Shown here: in pieces, positions 1-10,612 of the stretch
Layout: each line of letters begins with the position of its first letter
Numbering within the stretch: the stretch's first letter is position 1
DNA from: Candidatus Niyogibacteria bacterium
GTDB taxonomy: Bacteria; Patescibacteriota; Minisyncoccia; HO2-45-28
NCBI GenBank assembly: GCA_016181935.1
Contig: JACOYI010000004.1
Location: forward strand, 5,292-69,291
Length of the DNA stretch: 64,000 bases
Reading direction: 5' to 3'
Translations under genes and position numbers: made by a program
The notes under the pieces: model-generated
Databases searched by the model: none
What the model was told of the DNA's origin: nothing
The model's input: only the letters and a program-made list of their open reading frames with translations

Positions 1-208
1 TCGGATTCTTCCTTTCCGTTTCCTTTCCCGGCTTACCAGCGCCCACTTCATATCCGTCGCCGGACCAAAGCACATGATATAACATCTCGTTTCGAGAGGG
101 ACCGCTTGGTAACGAAACCGAGTCCTCAATACTCTTCGCTCGAAGAGCTTTTGCAGACCCGATCTCCTCCGGATCAAGTTGTAGAAGTTTAGTTAGTTTC
201 TTTGACAT
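1..208 (-). CDS. Partial ORF (N-terminus only) divergent from the methyltransferase; possible cognate restriction endonuclease
   Basis: ATG at 208-206 opens a frame MSKKLTKLLQLDPEEIGSAKALRAKSIEDSVSLPSGPSRNEMLYHVLWSGDGYEVGAGKPGKETERKNP that runs off the window edge; function inferred only from context. Confidence 0.45.
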   Translation of the reverse strand, partial: MSKKLTKLLQLDPEEIGSAKALRAKSIEDSVSLPSGPSRNEMLYHVLWSGDGYEVGAGKPGKETERKNP

Positions 209-267
209 GAAGGTGTGGATAACTCGATCTTGATCGATCTCGTTGAATCTGATAAGATCAAAACGCT

Positions 268-1566
268 ATGCAAAAACGGCAGCCCAAGAATACAACAAAA
301 CAACGATTTACGCAAGACAGGCCGTTGCGGGTCGTGGAATTATTCGCCGGCGTCGGCGGCTTCCGTCTTGGTCTCGAAAATTGCAAAACGAAAAAAAAAT
401 TCAAATACAAAGTGGTATGGAGCAATCAATGGGAGCCCGCTACAAAAAAACAGCACGCATCTGAGGTTTATATAAATCGCTTTGAATCCGAAAATCATTC
501 GAACGAGGACATCGCACAAGTTAAAACATCCAACATTCCGGACCACGACCTGCTCGTCGGCGGATTCCCCTGCCAAGATTATTCGGTCGCGCGAGTGCTT
601 TCCCATGCTGCCGGGATTGTCGGGAAAAAAGGAGTTCTGTGGTGGCAAATTCATCGAATTTTAAAAGAAAAAGGCTCGCGGGCGCCGTCCTGTCTCATGC
701 TTGAAAATGTGGATCGCCTTTTGAAATCTCCCGTATCACAACGAGGGCGCGACTTTGCCATCATGCTCGCCTCGTTGAATGATCTCGGCTACGTCGTGGA
801 ATGGCGAGTGATCAATGCTGCCGATTATGGCATGCCGCAACGGCGTCGGCGCATATTCATATTGGGATATAAAAAAAACACCTCCATCTATCAAAAAATC
901 GCGGGCCTCAAAAATCCGTCCGACTGGATAAAAAACCACGGCACCGCGGCGAAGGCGTTTCCGATAAAAGAAAGCCTCGATTCCAAAAGTTTTAAAATTG
1001 ATGGTGGGTTCGCGGAAATCTCTGAAAATTTCAATAAAAATGGCGGCCAAACAACGCCATTCAAAAACGCTGGGATTGTGATAAATAGAAACGTGACAAC
1101 ACTCGAAACAAAGCCGAACTATCGAGGAAAACACTTGGTTCTCGGCGATATCACGCTCGATGAAAATGATGTCTCAAAGGAATTTTTCATAGAAAAAAAA
1201 GATCTGCCGCAATGGCAATATTTAAAAGGTGCGAAAAAAGAGGAAAGAAGTGGACAAAATGGGTTTAAATTTTTCTACAATGAGGGATCGATGGTCTTTC
1301 CGGATCCGTTAGATAAACCATCGCGAACGATCATCACCGGCGAGGGCGGCCCCACACCGTCTCGATTCAAACACGTCATCAAAACTGCATCCGGAAAACT
1401 GCGCCGACTTACTCCACTTGAACTCGAGCGTCTTTGTATGTTTCCCGAAGATCACACAGCGGGGCAACCCGATATAAAACGAGCATTTTTTATGGGAAAT
1501 GCGCTGGTCGTCGGTGTCATTGAAAAATTAGGCGAAGCATTGGCCCAAAAAATCAACGAGGCCTGA
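268..1566 (+). CDS. dcm: DNA (cytosine-5) methyltransferase, Sau3AI-like family
   Basis: m5C motifs ELFAGVGG (I), GFPCQ (IV), LENV (VI), PQRRRR (VIII), GNAL (X). Confidence 0.95.
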   Translation: MQKRQPKNTTKQRFTQDRPLRVVELFAGVGGFRLGLENCKTKKKFKYKVVWSNQWEPATKKQHASEVYINRFESENHSNEDIAQVKTSNIPDHDLLVGGFPCQDYSVARVLSHAAGIVGKKGVLWWQIHRILKEKGSRAPSCLMLENVDRLLKSPVSQRGRDFAIMLASLNDLGYVVEWRVINAADYGMPQRRRRIFILGYKKNTSIYQKIAGLKNPSDWIKNHGTAAKAFPIKESLDSKSFKIDGGFAEISENFNKNGGQTTPFKNAGIVINRNVTTLETKPNYRGKHLVLGDITLDENDVSKEFFIEKKDLPQWQYLKGAKKEERSGQNGFKFFYNEGSMVFPDPLDKPSRTIITGEGGPTPSRFKHVIKTASGKLRRLTPLELERLCMFPEDHTAGQPDIKRAFFMGNALVVGVIEKLGEALAQKINEA

Positions 1567-1996
1567 CTTTCAATTTGTCTCTCAATTTTTCAATGACTTT
1601 ATTGGCATCTTTCTTGATATCACATTCCCAAATCACAACTGACGACCATCCCATTGCTCGTAATTCTCGAATTTTTTTCTTATCGCGAATCTGATTATTT
1701 AAAAATTTCTTACGCCAAAACTCTCGATTATGCTTCGGCATCGGATTCTCGCATTTCGGACATTGATGCCAAAAACAACCGTTTATGAAAATAGCCAGTT
1801 TCTTTTTTAGAAAAGCTATGTCCGGCCTACCCGGCAACGACGTATGCAAGCGAAAACCCTCAAGCCCTATTCGTCTTAACTCATGCCGAACTTGAAATTC
1901 TGGTGAAGTATTTTTACTACGATTCGCGCTCATCACCCTAGAAACGAATACGGATTTTGATTTGGGCGAACGTTTGTCTCGTAAAAATCTCGGCAT
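1553..1996 (-). CDS. vsr: Very short patch repair endonuclease
   Basis: SRVMSANRSKNTSPE, LPGRPDI, FINGCFWH and VIWEC motifs; convergent with dcm. Confidence 0.92.
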   Translation of the reverse strand: MPRFLRDKRSPKSKSVFVSRVMSANRSKNTSPEFQVRHELRRIGLEGFRLHTSLPGRPDIAFLKKKLAIFINGCFWHQCPKCENPMPKHNREFWRKKFLNNQIRDKKKIRELRAMGWSSVVIWECDIKKDANKVIEKLRDKLKVRPR

Positions 1997-2034
1997 AAAA
2001 AAATTAAATCGGGTCGCGAGATTTAAATCTTTTA

Positions 2035-2625
2035 CTATTTCGCTCCTGATTGCTTTTCCGTAATAAGATTTAGCTTATTTAGAGCCCCAACAGTAAGCTT
2101 GATTAACTCTTCACTATCTTTTGATATTTTCTCGCTTTCTTTAAATTCCTTATCCAAATCAAATTTCACCAATTTCATGCTACCCGGTTTTTTTTGTTTC
2201 TTGTCGTCTGGTAGCTCTTCGTTGCTCTTTCGGACGTAATAACCAACTCCTCCCTCGTTTGGAAAGACGAGATGATGATGAGCTAAGTTGTTTCTTATAT
2301 TTTGTAATCTTTTTATTGATTCGCAAATATCTAACCACCTCTTTTTTTCAAAACAAATCCCGTTTTCTTCGCAAACTCTCCAAACCCCTTTTATAACCTT
2401 AACCAACAAGCGCCTCTTGTTTTCAATACTCGGAAAGACATTTTCATCCGCCATCGCATCATTGAAAATAAAATTTTTTTCGGATTGTGGGTTGGAAATA
2501 TCGGTAAAGAAAATCGAGAGGGTTGTTATAATCAGGGTTTCTATTTTATTAAGATTATAAATAATTCCTCCAATATTTTTAAAAATTTCCGGATATTTTT
2601 CTTGTAATTCTCTGGTAGTTGTCAT
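2035..2625 (-). CDS. Hypothetical protein with a HEPN-like Rx4H motif
   Basis: AT-rich ORF; start moved to ATG 2625 because the longer ORF runs through tRNA-Ser; contains RNNLAH. Confidence 0.6.
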   Translation of the reverse strand: MTTTRELQEKYPEIFKNIGGIIYNLNKIETLIITTLSIFFTDISNPQSEKNFIFNDAMADENVFPSIENKRRLLVKVIKGVWRVCEENGICFEKKRWLDICESIKRLQNIRNNLAHHHLVFPNEGGVGYYVRKSNEELPDDKKQKKPGSMKLVKFDLDKEFKESEKISKDSEELIKLTVGALNKLNLITEKQSGAK

Positions 2626-2732
2626 CTTATTAGCATTTTTACAAGCTCTTGCTTTGTGTCTGCCTCTAAGCAGGCGCACTCTTTCGCTTCTACGGCAAAA
2701 GCCGGGGTTTCTAGTATCCCGTATCTTCACAG

Positions 2733-2819
2733 CGGAGAGGGCGAGATTCGAACTCGCGGCGGAGTTTCCCCCGCACTTGCTTTCCAAGCAAGCGCACTAG
2801 ACCACTATGCGACCTCTCC
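2733..2819 (-). tRNA. tRNA-Ser(GGA)
   Basis: Cloverleaf GGAGAGG...CCTCTCC-G, anticodon loop TTGGAAA, long variable arm, TTCGAAT T-loop. Confidence 0.95.
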
Positions 2820-2848
2820 GGATATTCGGAAGCCCATAGGGCTTCCGG

Positions 2849-3169
2849 TTATTTTTTCTTCTCGTCTTCCAACTGCTGGATCATCAGCTTGTTGCCGATG
2901 AATCCGACAAAGTGCTTCCGCGACGCATTCCCGCCCCGCGAAATCTCGGTGCGATATGCGCTGAACTCCTCGTTCGACAAGGCGTGGTTCCCGAGCTTCT
3001 CCCAGATGGCGCGGTCCTCCTCCGTCAATGCGTCCGGATTTAATTCCGAAAAATGCGCGGTTGCGGCCTCACCGGATTCCTCCTCCGCCTTCAGCTCCCA
3101 CATTTCGGCGCGAAAGGATTCGAGCCCGTTTTCGGACGATTCCATCGGCGTTTCTCGTTCGGCTTTCAT
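2849..3169 (-). CDS. Hypothetical acidic protein, translationally coupled to htpX
   Basis: ATGA overlap with the htpX stop at 3166-3169; 106 aa. Confidence 0.65.
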   Translation of the reverse strand: MKAERETPMESSENGLESFRAEMWELKAEEESGEAATAHFSELNPDALTEEDRAIWEKLGNHALSNEEFSAYRTEISRGGNASRKHFVGFIGNKLMIQQLEDEKKK

Positions 3170-4062
3170 ATCGTCATCCCTCGTAAGCGCGCGATTCGTT
3201 CCTGAATCGGTGGGTGCGTCATGAACAATTTCGCTACGGTAGTATGCGTCTTTCCGTGGGGATCCGCAAGCCACAGGTGCGCCGTGGCGTTGTTGGCTCG
3301 GCGCATCGGTTGAGTGTACGCTCCGATTTTCTCGAGCGCCGAGGCAAGCCCGTCGGGATAGCGCGTAAGCAACGCGCCAGACGCATCGGCCAAAAATTCG
3401 CGCTTACGCGAAATGGCGAGCTGGATGAGCATCGCCGCAATGGGCGCCAAAATGGATAACGCGATGCCGATAACAAGCATGATCGCGCCGCCGCGTCCGC
3501 TGTCGCGATCCCCGCCGCGAAACCCTCCCCAGAGCATCGAGCGCATGAACATGTCGGACAAAAGCGCGATGAACCCCACCAGAACTACCGCCACGGTCGA
3601 GACCAGCATGTCGCGATTGCCGATGTGGGAGAGTTCGTGGGCCAAAACCCCCTCGAGTTCGGTGCGATTCAGGCGCTCCAAAAGCCCGCGCGTTACGGCT
3701 ACTACGCCATGCTCGGCATTGCGCCCCGTCGCGAACGCATTGGGCGCGGCGTCATCCACGATGTATACGCGGGGCATCGGGAGACCGGCGGTGATGGCAA
3801 GATTTTCAACGACATTGTAGAGCTCCGGCGCCTGTGATTTTTGAATGGGTTTGGCCCCCGTCGCCGCCAAAACAATTTTGTCCGAATACCAATAGCTCAC
3901 CACATTCATGATGATGCTGAACAAAACCGCAAAAATCAGAATGGACGGGTTGCCATAGATGCGCGAAAACACCCACCCGATGCCGATGACCACGATGAAA
4001 AACAGGGTGAAAAGCGCCCATGTCCTGCGGATATTGGAATCGCGGTGCGTGTATAAGTCCAT
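3166..4062 (-). CDS. htpX: Zinc metalloprotease HtpX (M48)
   Basis: PNAFATG, HELSH zinc motif, SRKREFLAD, THPP. Confidence 0.95.
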   Translation of the reverse strand: MDLYTHRDSNIRRTWALFTLFFIVVIGIGWVFSRIYGNPSILIFAVLFSIIMNVVSYWYSDKIVLAATGAKPIQKSQAPELYNVVENLAITAGLPMPRVYIVDDAAPNAFATGRNAEHGVVAVTRGLLERLNRTELEGVLAHELSHIGNRDMLVSTVAVVLVGFIALLSDMFMRSMLWGGFRGGDRDSGRGGAIMLVIGIALSILAPIAAMLIQLAISRKREFLADASGALLTRYPDGLASALEKIGAYTQPMRRANNATAHLWLADPHGKTHTTVAKLFMTHPPIQERIARLRGMTI

Positions 4063-4127
4063 CCTCTATATATGAAGCAAAATGGCCCAAAAGAAAAGTC
4101 CCGCATCCACCAGTTGGCGGAGCGGGA

Positions 4128-4328
4128 TCAATGCTTGACTTCGACGAGTAGTTGCCTGCGTGCGGGCTCGCCCGGTTTCGGATCGGGAACGGGTTCCCAA
4201 TCCGTTTGAAAATATTTGAAACAGTGTGAACACCACGCGCCGCGAGTTGTATCCTGAAGGATGGTTTTGTCGTGCGGACACTTGAGCGGCCGCGGCACAA
4301 GCCCGCCACTGACAATTTCCTGCCCCAT
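4128..4328 (-). CDS. Small hypothetical protein with a possible Zn-binding motif
   Basis: CPH...WCSHC; GGGAGA SD upstream of ATG 4328. Confidence 0.5.
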   Translation of the reverse strand: MGQEIVSGGLVPRPLKCPHDKTILQDTTRGAWCSHCFKYFQTDWEPVPDPKPGEPARRQLLVEVKH

Positions 4329-4381
4329 GGCATTCTCCCGTCTAGAGTTCTGATCCAATTCCACTATACACCAAAAAAGCT

Positions 4382-4400
4382 CAAAGGGTAGTCCTTTGGG
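4382..4400. repeat. REP-like palindrome, AAGG-GTAGT-CCTT family
   Basis: CAAAGGGTAGTCCTTTG, same core as the copies flanking the RAYT gene. Confidence 0.8.
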
Positions 4401-4405
4401 AAGGC

Positions 4406-4963
4406 CTAAAACTTCACCTTGACCGGCTCGCGCTCGGCCGCCGAGTCGATCTGGAAGAATTTTTCTTTCGAGAATTTAAAAAGCGAGGCAATGAAATTCG
4501 CGGGGAACGAATCCACCATCGTGTTCAACGCCATCACCGTGGAATTGTAGAACCGGCGCGCCGCCTGTATCTTGTTCTCCGTATCCGCAAGTTCGCGCTG
4601 AAGTTCGACAAAGTTGGTATTCGCCTTAAGGTCGGGATAATTTTCGGAGACCGCAAAGAGCGATTTTAACGCCGAGGTCAGCATATTGTCCTTGTCCGCG
4701 TGGTCGAGCGCCGAACCCGATGCGCCCATCGCTTCGGTCCGCGCGCGCGTCACATTTTCGAGCACGCTTTTTTCGTGCGCCATGTATCCTTTCACCGCCT
4801 CGATGAGATTCGGAATGAGGTCGAACCGCCGCTTGAGTTGCACATCAATATCCGAGAGCGCCTCGTGCGAACGGAACCGGAGCGTCACAAAACGGTTGTA
4901 CGCGTAGACGGCCCAAAGAACCGCGAGAACAACGACCCCTAGTACGAACCAAAGTATTTGCAT
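4406..4963 (-). CDS. lemA: LemA family protein
   Basis: IDVQLKRRFDLIPNL, ENYPDLKAN, ARRFYN motifs. Confidence 0.95.
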   Translation of the reverse strand: MQILWFVLGVVVLAVLWAVYAYNRFVTLRFRSHEALSDIDVQLKRRFDLIPNLIEAVKGYMAHEKSVLENVTRARTEAMGASGSALDHADKDNMLTSALKSLFAVSENYPDLKANTNFVELQRELADTENKIQAARRFYNSTVMALNTMVDSFPANFIASLFKFSKEKFFQIDSAAEREPVKVKF

Positions 4964-5003
4964 GTATTCAGACTACCACTCGAGCAAATAAAAACAAGAG
5001 CCG

Positions 5004-5453
5004 CTAATGCGACTCTTGCGTATTTCTGCCTTCGGAAAACGGGAGCAGAGTGCCAACCAACAGCAACTCCGCCGCAAAGGACGTGAAAAGAACCAGCAGA
5101 AGCTGAAGGAATACGATCAAGGCCTGCGCGGGCCAACTTGCCGAATCAGAAAACTCGGGCACAATGGCCGGACTCATGACCATCGCGAACCAGCCCAAAA
5201 TCACCACACTTACCATAAAAACGAGCGTATGCGACCATCCCACGATGCCGTTCGGCATCGAAATCCTGATGTTGCAGTCTTCGTCGAGTTTTTTCGTGAA
5301 CTTTTTCTGGAACACCACGAATTTGATCGCGCCGCATACGGCGCCGATGAGCAAAAGCATCGAAACCACCTGCACGCCCCGCAACGCAAGAACCGCGAAG
5401 AAAAAGATACTGGCGAAGAACAAGGCGAACATGAACGCCGGATACCGCTCCAT
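5004..5453 (-). CDS. Hypothetical membrane protein
   Basis: About 4 hydrophobic segments; AAGGAGG SD and TTGACA upstream. Confidence 0.7.
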   Translation of the reverse strand: MERYPAFMFALFFASIFFFAVLALRGVQVVSMLLLIGAVCGAIKFVVFQKKFTKKLDEDCNIRISMPNGIVGWSHTLVFMVSVVILGWFAMVMSPAIVPEFSDSASWPAQALIVFLQLLLVLFTSFAAELLLVGTLLPFSEGRNTQESH

Positions 5454-5575
5454 GGGTGCCTCCTTATCAAAGAGTGCTGAAAATACCTTAAATCAAAATA
5501 TTCGCTATGTCAATGAACCAAAAACGCCTAATAAAGAAAACCCCTTGCCGAAGCAAGGAGTTGCGAACCGGAGAA

Positions 5576-6199
5576 CTATTTGACCAAGACCACGGGACAC
5601 GAATGTTCTTTGAGCGCGCGGAAAAATGCGGCAAGGAGCGGCACGCGGCCGAAAACCATGCCGATTGACGCTATCATAACCGCGAACAGCATAAGCGCCA
5701 AAATAAGGGATATGATCCAAAACCCCATAACGCCGCCCCCCTCCATGTCCTTCAGTTGGCTGAGCGGGACCCCGCGAGAAAGATAGAAGATGCCTGCGGC
5801 GAATCCCCAGAGCAAATATGCCAAAAACGCCACGACGACAACCACGACCAGCAACGCTACGCCGACCCAGACGGTCTTCCAGAAAATGGCACACCCCGAG
5901 AGCCGCCCCGGGTGCCACTTGTCTCCGTAGAACTCCTTCATCAGGCGGTAATACCCCGAGTTGTGGGGAATGATGAGGGCGCCGGACGATGGGTCAGCCG
6001 CGAACGTGGCGAAGCTCGACACGAAAAGGAAGATGGCGGGAATGAAAAACAGCGAGCTTCCTGTTGCCGCGAGTAGCGTGACGACCATCGGACCAGCTTC
6101 CGAAACGCCGAGCTCCGACGCCACCCAGCCCGCAAACCACGCGGATGCCGCCATGATCAGCAAAAGACCTGCGCGAAAGACGTTCAGACGAGAAAGCAT
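5576..6199 (-). CDS. Hypothetical membrane protein
   Basis: Several TM segments; AAGGAG SD; hairpin downstream. Confidence 0.7.
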   Translation of the reverse strand: MLSRLNVFRAGLLLIMAASAWFAGWVASELGVSEAGPMVVTLLAATGSSLFFIPAIFLFVSSFATFAADPSSGALIIPHNSGYYRLMKEFYGDKWHPGRLSGCAIFWKTVWVGVALLVVVVVVAFLAYLLWGFAAGIFYLSRGVPLSQLKDMEGGGVMGFWIISLILALMLFAVMIASIGMVFGRVPLLAAFFRALKEHSCPVVLVK

Positions 6200-6280
6200 G
6201 CTGTTCTCCTTTGCGAGTTAATGTTCAAAACAAAGAATCCAATGCCATTAGAGCATCGGATTCTTTGAAAGTCAACTCTT

Positions 6281-6316
6281 AAGGGTTACCCTTAGGATCG
6301 GATAAGGGTAACCCTT
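6281..6316. repeat. Inverted REP doublet (REPIN-like) downstream of groEL
   Basis: AAGGGTTACCCTT-AGGATCGGAT-AAGGGTAACCCTT. Confidence 0.75.
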
Positions 6317-6326
6317 GGGGGGGCGC

Positions 6327-7985
<1,659 letters not shown>

Positions 7986-7994
7986 CTAGTCGAA

Positions 7995-8297
7995 TTAGTT
8001 AATGATTGCGAGGATGTCCTCCTCCTTTACGATGAGATAATTCTTGCCGTCGAGTTTCAGCTCGGTCGGGCCGTATTTGGAAAACAACACGCGGTCGCCT
8101 TTTTTCACGGCGAGCGGGATCAATTTCCCTTCATCGGTATGACGGCCCTTGCCCGTTGCAATGACCTTTCCCTGCTCCGGACGCTCCTTTTCGGCGGTAT
8201 CCGGAATCACGAGGCCGGACTTGGTGCGGCCCTCCGTGTCCTCTTTTGACAAGGGCTCCACCAGCACCCGATCCCCCAATGGTTGAACTTTCAGCAT
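7995..8297 (-). CDS. groS: Co-chaperonin GroES
   Basis: PLGDRVLV, mobile loop SGLVIPDTA. Confidence 0.98.
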   Translation of the reverse strand: MLKVQPLGDRVLVEPLSKEDTEGRTKSGLVIPDTAEKERPEQGKVIATGKGRHTDEGKLIPLAVKKGDRVLFSKYGPTELKLDGKNYLIVKEEDILAIIN

Positions 8298-8338
8298 AAA
8301 AATGTGGTGAAAGAATGCTAATTGTTTTTACAAGACGC

Positions 8339-8366
8339 ATTATAGCGAGCGCCCGAAAATCGTCAA
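8339..8366 (-). promoter_or_regulatory. Sigma70-type promoter of groES-groEL
   Basis: TTGACG-N16-TATAAT. Confidence 0.7.
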
Positions 8367-8405
8367 GTCCCGCCCGGACGCTCGCCCCCAAAGATGGTCC
8401 TTTTC

Positions 8406-8453
8406 AAGGGGAGTCCTTAGGAATCGGAAAAGGACTCCTCCTAAGGTATCCTT
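8406..8453. repeat. Inverted REP doublet upstream of groES
   Basis: AAGGGGAGTCCTT-AGGAATCGGAA-AAGGACTCC. Confidence 0.7.
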
Positions 8454-8474
8454 AACAAAAAAACCGCGCTTTGT

Positions 8475-8714
8475 TCAGCGCGGCCAGTTGCAACTCACCG
8501 AGTCATAACCCAATCCCACAACACACTCGACACCACTCGACAAGCGAAGATAGTAAACAAAACCCGTATCGGTGATCAGTATCTTGCGAATTTCTACGGG
8601 CATTTCGTGCTTTGTGATTTTCTGAATTGTTTTCCATTCTTCCTTGCTCGCCTCACAGCCGCCAAGAATACCGATGATCGCCACAACGACCAAGACAATC
8701 GCCCATCGTTTCAT
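8475..8714 (-). CDS. Small putative lipoprotein with a C-terminal SCNWP motif
   Basis: Signal peptide ending LGGC; AAGGAG SD; paralog at 9769-10044. Confidence 0.7.
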   Translation of the reverse strand: MKRWAIVLVVVAIIGILGGCEASKEEWKTIQKITKHEMPVEIRKILITDTGFVYYLRLSSGVECVVGLGYDSVSCNWPR

Positions 8715-8841
8715 CACATTCTCCTTTGATGACAAGGTTCGTTCGGGGACTGAAAAGAATATAGTACATCTTAAAATCCCTGTCAATCCTTTGCCAAGCA
8801 TGATACGATGGCAACGAGAAGAACTTTTTATCGGAGGAGCC

Positions 8842-9240
8842 ATGGCCTACAGCGAAAAGGTCCTCGACCATTACGCGAATCCCAAAAACGTGGGGACGCT
8901 CGACAGGAACGCCCCCGATGTCGGCACCGGACTGGTGGGTGCCCCCGAATGCGGCGACGTGATGAAACTGCAGATACAGGTGGACGAAAATGGCGTCATC
9001 GTGGACGCGAAATTCAAGACCTTTGGCTGCGGCTCGGCCATCGCGTCCTCCTCGCTCGCCACCGAATGGATCAAGGGCAAAACGCTCGAGGAGGCCGAGA
9101 AAATCAAAAACGTGGACATCGTGGAGGAGCTGTCGCTCCCACCCGTGAAGATCCACTGTTCGGTTCTCGCGGAGGACGCTATCAAATCCGCCATCGCGGA
9201 TTACAAGAAAAAACACGGCATTGAAGCTCCCGCGCCATAA
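8842..9240 (+). CDS. iscU: Fe-S cluster scaffold protein IscU
   Basis: CGD, GCGSAIASSS, LPPVKIHC; GGAGG SD before ATG 8842; terminator hairpin about 9245-9275. Confidence 0.95.
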   Translation: MAYSEKVLDHYANPKNVGTLDRNAPDVGTGLVGAPECGDVMKLQIQVDENGVIVDAKFKTFGCGSAIASSSLATEWIKGKTLEEAEKIKNVDIVEELSLPPVKIHCSVLAEDAIKSAIADYKKKHGIEAPAP

Positions 9241-9287
9241 AAATAGCCGCTAGCCATGGGCTGGCGGTTTTTTAGTTTAGAAAAAAA

Positions 9288-9524
9288 TTACCAAACACGC
9301 ACCGGACTTAATGGATGCAAAGGGTTCGCTGGACTTAGTGGGCTCAAAGGATCCAGAAGACTCTGAGGATTAGACTGATCTTTCCCGTGTTCCTCCGCTA
9401 GACGCTCGCGCGGCCTAATGTCGGACAAAATAATCGTACCGAGCACAGCGCCGAATATCATTATTGCCAATAGAACGATGCCAAAAATCATCCAGGGATC
9501 CCTCTGTTTGTTGCTCATAGACAC
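9288..9524 (-). CDS. Small single-TM hypothetical protein with a Pro-rich tail
   Basis: One TM segment, PLSPLSPANPLHPLSP tail, TTGACA upstream. Confidence 0.6.
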   Translation of the reverse strand: MSMSNKQRDPWMIFGIVLLAIMIFGAVLGTIILSDIRPRERLAEEHGKDQSNPQSLLDPLSPLSPANPLHPLSPVRVW

Positions 9525-9603
9525 GCCCCCTTCTGCTACGCGCTTACTGAATCTCCCCCACCAACCTATACAGTACTTAGAAAAGTGTCAATCCTTAATT
9601 CTA

Positions 9604-9622
9604 TCGACATCCGATGTCGATA
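9604..9622. repeat. Short palindrome ATCGACAT-CCG-ATGTCGAT
   Basis: 8-bp perfect stem with 3-nt centre. Confidence 0.55.
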
Positions 9623-9678
9623 ATTTTATCGGGGCGGTTTTTTCTTTTGCAATGAAAAGTCGGTCTAGAATAGCATCG

Positions 9679-9714
9679 TACACTTAAAATACGCTATAGC
9701 GTATTTTAAGTGTA
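9679..9714. repeat. Perfect 36-bp spacerless palindrome
   Basis: TACACTTAAAATACGCTA|TAGCGTATTTTAAGTGTA. Confidence 0.9.
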
Positions 9715-9768
9715 TGGGACGAATTGTTAAAAAAATAAATCCGCGCTCGCTTGGAACGCGGATTCGGA

Positions 9769-10044
9769 CTACTTGGCCTGCGGCCAGTTGCAGGAAAGAC
9801 CCGCATGCGAATAGGACAAAACACAGGGGAGACCGTCGGGAAAACGAAAGCGCAGAGCGAGGATTATTGTCTCCCCCTTCTCGTTCAGAATTTGAAATGT
9901 TTGCCCAGATAGAACGGGAATTTCTTGCGCCGCCACCACTTCGCGCGGCTGGATGGCGGGTGTTTTGGTCAACCAAAGCGCGGCTGCAACAACAACGAAC
10001 AGCAAAGGAATCCAACCGTAAAGCACCCAATTTCGTTTCCACAT
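9769..10044 (-). CDS. Small membrane-anchored protein with SCNWP motif
   Basis: N-terminal TM; PCVLSYSHAGLSCNWP; AAGGAG SD. Confidence 0.7.
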   Translation of the reverse strand: MWKRNWVLYGWIPLLFVVVAAALWLTKTPAIQPREVVAAQEIPVLSGQTFQILNEKGETIILALRFRFPDGLPCVLSYSHAGLSCNWPQAK

Positions 10045-10050
10045 TTCGCA

Positions 10051-10122
10051 CTCCTTTCAATGTGCGTTTTTTCCGGACTGCTTTTCCAAATACTGTATAC
10101 AAAACTTCCGTGGGTTTGTCAA
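10051..10122 (-). promoter_or_regulatory. Promoter/leader module, copy 1
   Basis: TTGACA-N17-TATACA, then GCACATTGAAAGGAG; 68/72 identical to 10613-10684. Confidence 0.8.
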
Positions 10123-10214
10123 CCATCACCGCAATCCTAGCCGCATTCCTACGGAATGCGGCATTTACTTTCAATAAAAATCCGCGCTCACGGGGAACGC
10201 GGACTGACAAGACC

Positions 10215-10607
10215 TTACGGATGAACTGCGCTTCTTTTTACAGAAAGCTTCCGGACAAGAAACGTGGTCCCACCGTATACCGTCACAATGCCAGCGGGAA
10301 GCGTGGTTACAAAAAAAAGAAACTGGGACTCTCCTCCCCCATTACTTTCAGCGATGGCGAGGATGCCGATGAAGGTAGCGACAAGGAGGCCGATGACGAA
10401 AGCAGAACCATCTCCATCGGGGTCGATGCTGGTAAGGAAAAGAATGACGGCGAGGTAGAAAACAGCCGCGGAAACGATAAAGAGAACGAAGGAACCGGAA
10501 ACGGCGGCAAGGGCGAAGCCGTATTTCATATAGATGATCGTCCCGATAAGCAGCTGAACCGCGAAAACGCCCGTACTCCAAAACCAGATGATCGTCTTCT
10601 GACTCAT
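10215..10607 (-). CDS. Hypothetical membrane protein (about 4 TM)
   Basis: AAGGAGG SD before ATG 10607 (MSQKTII). Confidence 0.7.
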   Translation of the reverse strand: MSQKTIIWFWSTGVFAVQLLIGTIIYMKYGFALAAVSGSFVLFIVSAAVFYLAVILFLTSIDPDGDGSAFVIGLLVATFIGILAIAESNGGGESQFLFFVTTLPAGIVTVYGGTTFLVRKLSVKRSAVHP

Positions 10608-10612
10608 AACGC

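Noticed and set aside
2626-2787. N-terminal extension of the 250-aa ORF
   Set aside because: It runs through tRNA-Ser; ATG 2625 is the plausible start
8313-8321. CIRCE/HrcA operator upstream of groES
   Set aside because: Only one imperfect half-site (TTAGCATTC) is present, with no partner at 9-bp spacing
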